Shown piece by piece: positions 57,015 through 64,000 of a stretch of DNA of 64,000 nt (positions are counted from its first letter, which is position 1; each line of letters opens with the position of its first letter). The position numbers and the translations under genes are program-made. This stretch comes from Macrostomum lignano (lineage: Eukaryota). The notes under the pieces are model-generated. The model saw only the letters and a program-made list of their open reading frames with translations, was not told where the DNA came from and made no database searches. The stretch is taken from assembly GCA_002269645.1 (NCBI GenBank), contig NIVC01002366.1, positions 62,001 to 126,000 of the forward strand, read 5' to 3'.

Positions 57015-60000
57015 TAATTTTCAAGTATATATATGCACTGTATCTTAGGGCTGGCACAAGAGTCAAAATGCACTTGCAGCTAAGCTACGCTGCTCTCTGC
57101 CAGAAACACAAAACAGCTCCATAGTTTTCAGAGCTATTCTTAAGAGACAAGCAATAGAATCTCTAAGAAATATAGATTCCCATTGAAATTGAGTCAGGTT
57201 GCTACAATGCCTAGATCATGGATCAACTTGGGATTTTTATGAAGTTATCATGCTTTAAATTATGAAGCATTAGTTTTTTATTAAAATATAGGTCAACAAG
57301 ATAGGTAACAAGATACTAGCCTGCTAAATAGAACAAACTGAATATAGTCTAAACTGTACACATTTTTTCTGCATATTTGTTGAGTTGGCAAAATAAGCAA
57401 CAATGCTTCTTGTTGGTTATATGAGAATGCCATTTAATTCTCAAATAAAATTTTGGGATTTAATAAACCCAAAATATGTTTTGCTATATATCTTATAGAG
57501 AATTTTCTACTATTTGGTCATAACCTTTAGAGGATTAAATTGTACTTAGATACATATAGCATTCTTGCTTCTAATAAAAGAGTGTAAACTCTTATAAAGG
57601 ATATTCAATATTCTAAATTATATTAGGGTTTAAGTAAATATTAGGCCAAACACAAAATATATTTTTAAAAAAATTTTTGCTTATAAATTTAAAATATAAG
57701 ATAGATACCTACTAACAAAACATTTTTTGCATATGGATCTTAATAAAAAATATTTTTAAAGATTATAATTTGGCTATTTTTACTTTATAAATTAGTTGGT
57801 CTACTATACAAGGATTTTTATAGATTCTTAAAAATAAACTATAGCTAGGCATAAGATCTTATATACTAAATCTTAAAAAGCCTATGGGCTATAGATGCAC
57901 AATACTATAAATTGAACATAAAATATTTAAATTTTAACTAAAATTTTAAAGCATAAAAAATATTTTTTAATATAAACTATAAGCCTAATGGGGCTATAAA
58001 GATAAAGTTAATCAATAATCTAATTAATTATTACTGATTAAAAAAGACTAAAAAGCCCTTTGTCTATATAACTTAAGCAATTTTAGGTAGCCTAGGCCTA
58101 AGCATTTTAAGTAGGCCTACTTGAATTTTATCAAGTAAAATAGCTTAGGTCTTTTGAAGATTGCAGAATAAGAACTAGTGATAGATCCAAACATTTGGAT
58201 TTGGAATCTGAAAAAATGTCAAACTTTTTTAGAAATATGAATGTTTTAGATTAGGAATTTTTATTTATCAAATATTTCCCAATGTGCTTCCAAATATGAA
58301 AAAAGTCAAGAAACCTCAAGTCGCAAAAACATTTTGGTAGTCATTGTTTAAGTGTAATCATTAGTTGGATTTTTACAAAATGCAAATACATGAATTTATG
58401 GTAAAAGTTTTCAAATAGCAAAGATGTAATAGTAGTTAGTATTAATAATTAGAATTAGCTAGATTAGTTATATAAGAATTAAGTTTGAATCAAACTTATT
58501 TATTCTTTACTAAGTTTTAATTCTTGCAATTTTGCTTGAATTTCACTTGAAGAGTAGACTAGTTGCTTACTTAGATTACTAATTAGATGATGAAGGATTT
58601 TGTTATTTAAAAGTGTTAAAGTTATTACTGCCATTTACCTTTTACTTTTCAGTTACTTTTGGAAACACATTTGGATATTTGGATTTGAATTAGGAAATTT
58701 TTGTACTTTTAGATTCAGTTTTAGAAATTTGCAAAAATTTATATCTGGTCTATCACTAATTTTGTTAAACTGGCATGTTTCTTAAATTAAAAAAATCAAC
58801 TTGATTTCATTTAATTTACTATATCCTATATACACGGCTACACTTTGCATATATACAAGACTTAATTAGATAAAGACAATATCTATCAACAATACTATAT
58901 GATATACAGTTTTAATCAAAATTATAAAATGTGAGAAATCTATTTTAATATTGTTTCTTGAGTCATGTGCTTATATTTGATTTTTCAACAAATTAAGACA
59001 AAAAATTAAATAAAATGAGACAAAATGAATAATATCTTGTTATTTTAAAGTAAAAAGATATTGCAAAGCAGTTATTAATAAATAATGGCTTTTTTATATC
59101 TAACTCTAATTTATAATTTAAGCACCAAAAAACAAACTGTGGCATTGAAATACTAAGTACTAAAAAGCATAGGCACTAAAAAGCATAGATACTATATGTC
59201 TATAGCAATAATATTTAAAAGTCTCGTTTTACTTAGACTTAGATAAGGTTGCAGTGACCTTGTACTAGGGACTAACCTTTTTTAACCTTCTAATACACTA
59301 AAAATAAAATTCTTGCTTGTATGTGTGCAATTGATTATTTCCCAAAAGGCTCAACCAATTTTCTTCCTTTTTGCCAAAATTTTATACAAGGTGGCCTATA
59401 TTCAATATAAACATTTCATTTTAGAAAATTTTGCCTAAATGGTATTTTTTCTATATTTTAGGCATCTTAAATTCTTACATGCTTCTTGAATTCTAGAATG
59501 TTCTACAAGAGACTAGGCCTATAAATATAGGCAGTTGTTATTTATTAGACAAATAGCAATATGGTTATTTGTCCAGTTACTGAATAATAGCCACGTTTCC
59601 TTATTCATCCAGTTAATACCAGACAAATAGGCATTTTGTTATTTGTCCAGTTATATTAATAATCTATTTTACAGAAACTACAAAGGTGAATATTCTTGGA
59701 TTTCAAAGATTTCTTACTCCTATCTTGATTATTATGTTGTTGTACTAGTGTATATCTTAAGTTATAAAATTATGGCGAATTGCATACACACCATAGTTTT
59801 ATCATGCTGGGCACACCTGAAAAAATTGAATAATTACAAATACATGCTGAAAAAATGTAGTGCACACCCATTTTTTAAAAAAATAGGCCAGTGTTGTGAC
59901 AATAAATGACTTTTTTATGTTGTGACCAAAAAGACATTTTTTTAAATTGCGCAATAGACCCTTATTACTAGATAATTTGGTTGCTTTTTATGCTTTTTCA

Positions 60001-62028
60001 GTGATACTATTTATAGCAAAAAATTTATACACATAAAGATTTGTTTAAATGCTCTTTTACAAGCTTGAAAAAGTGGAAAGCTTGAAATTTGTACTTTAAA
60101 ATGAACTTTTTTCATCTTTTTTATTTCAAAATAACTCTTATGTGTGATTCTATACAGTGCATACTATAACTAGGTATGCACGCATACTATTTTCTTAGGA
60201 GTGATGCATGCCAATTGTGCATGCCTAATTTTGGCGTACAAGGCCAATGCATGCCTGAATTTTCAGGCATAGGCCATATACTACATGATCTAGAGTGTGG
60301 CATACACATTATGTATATCTGCTTTGCTTGCACTAGTATATAACAAAATATTAATCAGGATATAAAAATGTCTTAAAAATCTAAAATATTCTTCATTAAA
60401 TAAATAGATACTTGTGTTAGCAATTTAATTAGACAAATAACAAATAGGCTATGCCTATTTGTCAAGTCATTGGACAAATAACAATTACCATAAATATATG
60501 CTAAGCACTTAGCCAATAACAGGTGTCTTTTTGCTCATTTGCTTTCACTTAATTTGTTTAACCAAACATCTTTAAAGAACCATTGCCTTTATGCCTTGTT
60601 TATTTAATGCCATTATAGAGTCTTTATTAATTTATATAAAACTTATACATATTGTCTAATATTAATATAATAGGCCCTAAAAATTTATATCATGAACATT
60701 GATTAATTAGACATTTAGTAATTTTTTAGGCCTATACTTTAAGTTTAAATTAGGCTAGAGCAAGGCCATTCTAAATAAATTACATTAGTAATTAGTATTA
60801 TTAGCCTTAGCCTATATGTGCAATATGCTATTACATAATATTATCTAACAATTGAGGTATAGAAATAGGCCTATACGATACATTACTGCAATTACATTAC
60901 AATCTAAAATTTTAAGTCTGAATATATATATAAGACATTTTTAACGCGATTGCGTGTAATTTGAGACCTGAAAGGTCTATGAATGCAAGATGCAGATTCA
61001 AACAAGCTCATTTATTCAGTAAACGACAATAATAGACTACGAAGACTACGAAGACACTAATATAACAGACACGTTGAGATTAGCGTTTGATTTTTTTAGT
61101 TTTGAAACGTTCAAGTGTATTTCTTTCAAAAAAACAACTAGACATGGTTTCTTAGAAATTGTGCTAATTTTTACTTTTACTTTTACTTTTATAATATTGA
61201 GTGTGATTTTTTAGGACACCAAAGTAAATTTCCAGCAAATCCTATTGCAGAGTTGACACCCCTGTGAATTTGTTCACAATTGTGTTAACAATAGCCGTTC
61301 GCGTTCAACATTTCATTATCGAATCCAGAAGTAGAAGGAAGTAAGCAGACTCGATTTACTGCAAAAATGAGCTGAAGACCAGTAAAGAACGTATTTTGGT
61401 ATTGCGAGGGCATTTAGTATATGCGCTCCAAAAATTAAATTTCTGGAGAACCCCATTCAGCGCTGTTCGAAAGATCAACAACCGGACAAGGGAGCTGCAT
61501 GACTTTGTATGCAATATGAAACGACACTGGCGTTACACGGGAGTTTTAATGAGAGGCCAAAACTCTCAGGGTGCCTTTTGGTGTCTTGTTTGGCGCCCCC
61601 GTCTCTTGGTTGGTGCAGCTAGGCACTCAGCTCCTTGGTGCAGTGCGCGTTCCTATACATGTATCTCTTTGGTTGGGTCGGGTGGATGCCACATCCACAA
61701 GAAGTGGTAAAATTTGAGCTTCTATCATGCGTCCAGCTTGATTAAGTTTGTTATTTAATTTTTAAAAAGCACAATTGTGTGGGGCGATTGGGGATGGGAG
61801 GGCTGTTGAGCGTATAAGGCCGGTTGCCTACAGCTGTATGTGACAGATCATGATCGGCAGACCAATCAGAGCGAGGCTTCGGCATCAATGATATAGGCCA
61901 ATTAGCTTTTATCAATCAAAACAATTAGGAGCTAATGCAAATAAAATTACATGTAAGAGCTAAATTCACATGCGAAGACTCGATCTTCTCAAATTGCTTT
62001 TTGGAGAACTCTAAAGCGCACAGCTCGC

Positions 62029-63536
62029 ATGGAGGAACGCTCGTAAATTATAGTAAAAAATGTGGTGAGCTGAACCAAATATTAAAGAATACAAGTATGT
62101 CGCCTTTCAATTGCAGTGCCAGATTACACCAACAAAACCTAGCTATAGACTGCTGCACCGGTTGCTCCAACAAATTACGATAAACCTATCTAATAACATT
62201 CCTTTTCAAAGGACCTTCTCGCTTCGGCCGTGCCTGACACTTCCGCTGCTTATGGTGTTGATGACCGAATTCGCAGCCGGCTTTAAATTCTTGGCCGCCG
62301 TGGTTGTCGAGGAGGCAGACGATGCGGGCGCTCCGTCAGTGCAGCCGGACTTCGTGGCATCGGTGTTCAGCCACACTGTGGTGCGCAACTGGAGGCTGTT
62401 GCCAGAGGACACATTGGCTTTCTTTGAAGTCCGATTCCCAGCAGATCGACCGTTGCAAGCGCTCAAGCGAGGTAGGCTGATGAGAGCTCGGCTTCCCGGC
62501 AAGCTGGACGATGAGGTTGATCCGGTTTTTGTAGCATGCTGTGCCCGATTATATGTGCTGTGCCTGAGTTCTATCAAGGTGCACTAATGTCCCTAAATTA
62601 CCCCATTCGACAAACAAAAAGCTCTCAAACAGAGTTTTTAATGGTAATAAAGTACCACTTGAGCCATGCACACTCGCTCGAATACATACAAAGGAATTTT
62701 GTTTCCGTTTCCAATTTCTAACTTGCACTGAAAAGTACACGGCCACGGCGACGGAATTCCGAACGCGATTATCCTGGTCGCCGGCTGCAGCTCGCTGACC
62801 GAGTTCGACCGCTTTTCAACATCTCTACAGCTTCCTCTGCTGTCGGTACCCACCGAGCTGTGCGACATCTCAGAGATTGGAAGTGAGCGAATTTATTACG
62901 CACTTATTTTAAATGCCTCTGGCCTCACACTGCCGACGAATCTCCCCCCAGACTTCACAGTGCTGGTGTCGCACGCCCCGCGTCACTACATTCTTGCCTT
63001 CGCTGCCGTTCTGCGCTACTCTGGCGCCGAGAACGCCCTGGTTATCAACGACCGCTACCAAGGTAGAAATCCACAGTCATGGCAACCTAACGTACACACA
63101 ACTCCCCATTACCTCAACAATAATGGCCGCCTCCCCTTAACTGCCAGCACCCAGCCACATCAATCAACTGCAAGACGAGCTTGCCAAGGCCAACAGCTCA
63201 GCCCTGACGGTTCAGCTGGACGCAACCGAGGACGCTGTCTCGACTCTCTCTCTACTAAAAACCCAGAAACTGCGTCACGTGATCTTGCTGGCTCGGCCGG
63301 CCAGTGCGCTGGCTCTTCTCGCTGCAGCTAGCAGTAGCGGACAGCTGGGCCAGAGCTTCTTCTGGACCGTCAGCGACCCCTCTGGACGATTGGCAGCTTT
63401 GATGACACCACTGCTACAAGATTTTTCCAACGTTGCACTTCTGAGCGAGGGCTGGCGGCGACCGGCGGCGACTATTGCGTATTGTCCGCTAGCACTGACG
63501 AAGCTGCTGGGGAAGGCCGCCTGCAAAGTGGCAACG
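62029..63536 (+). CDS. 5' exons of a probable ionotropic-glutamate-receptor/ANF-receptor-type (periplasmic-binding type 1) ectodomain gene; continues beyond the window
   Basis: Candidate exons 62029-62042 and 62212-about 62578 give a signal-peptide-like MEERSTFSLRPCLTLPLLMVLMTEFAAG. Exons 62736-62882, 62961-63062 and 63148-63536 are phase-consistent (GIPNAIILVAG..LQLPLLS; YILAFAAVLRYSGAENALVINDRY; KLRHVILLARPASALALLAAASSSGQLGQSFFWTVSD). The exon 2-3 junction phase is unresolved; the family call is an inference. Confidence 0.55.
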
Positions 63537-63550
63537 GTAGCTGACAACCT

Positions 63551-64000
63551 GACTGACTGACTGACTGACTGACTGACTGACTGACTGACTGACTGACTGA
63601 CTGACTGACTGACTGACTGACTGACTGACTGACTGACTGACTGACTGACTGACTGACTGACTGACTGACTGACTGACTGACTGACTGACTGACTGACTGA
63701 CTGACTGACTGACTGACTGACTGACTGACTGACTGACTGACTGACTGACTGACTGACTGACTGACTGACTGACTGACTGACTGACTGACTGACTGACTGA
63801 CTGACTGACTGACTGACTGACTGACTGACTGACTGACTGACTGACTGACTGACTGACTGACTGACTTGAGTGAGTGGGTGACTGACTGACTGACTGACTG
63901 ACTGACTGACTGACTGACTGACTGACTGACTGACTTGAGTGAGTGGGTGACTGACTGACTGACTGACTGACTGACTGACTGACTGACTGACTGACTGACT
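63551..64000 (+). repeat. (CTGA)n microsatellite in an intron, running off the window
   Basis: Direct reading. Confidence 0.97.

Overview
Eukaryotic, intron-rich animal genomic DNA. GC-rich exons, introns packed with mini- and microsatellites and unpaired acceptors just upstream of ATGs suggest a flatworm such as Macrostomum; this is an inference. Most long ORFs in the supplied track are repeat artefacts, so I rebuilt the genes by splice-site and phase analysis. In order: the 3' end of a PPxY-rich gene (67-1327, +). A near-identical 8.9-kb tandem duplication (156-9074 / 9075-17929) carrying two PLAC8-family genes, a truncated/chimeric copy and a complete 7-exon copy of a Shisa-like single-pass protein gene with an Arg/Ser/Tyr-repeat ectodomain. 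HADH (-). A 3-exon orphan gene with a possible NTF2/SnoaL-like fold (+). A 10.3-kb array of about 397 x 26-bp units directly behind the FBXO47 stop codon; on the gene's sense strand every unit reads GT...AG. A co-oriented minus-strand run of FBXO47, MRPL43, an HMG20-like gene and TEAD. A transposon cluster: a Crypton-like recombinase fragment, a decayed Tc1/IS630-like element with 140-bp TIRs, and an intact DD34D mariner with 388-bp TIRs. About 4 kb of AT-rich non-coding DNA. The 5' exons of a probable iGluR/ANF-receptor-type gene. The most unusual signals are the GT-AG satellite, the splice-signal content of many intronic minisatellites, and the duplication-born chimera predicted to encode a secreted Shisa-like ectodomain.
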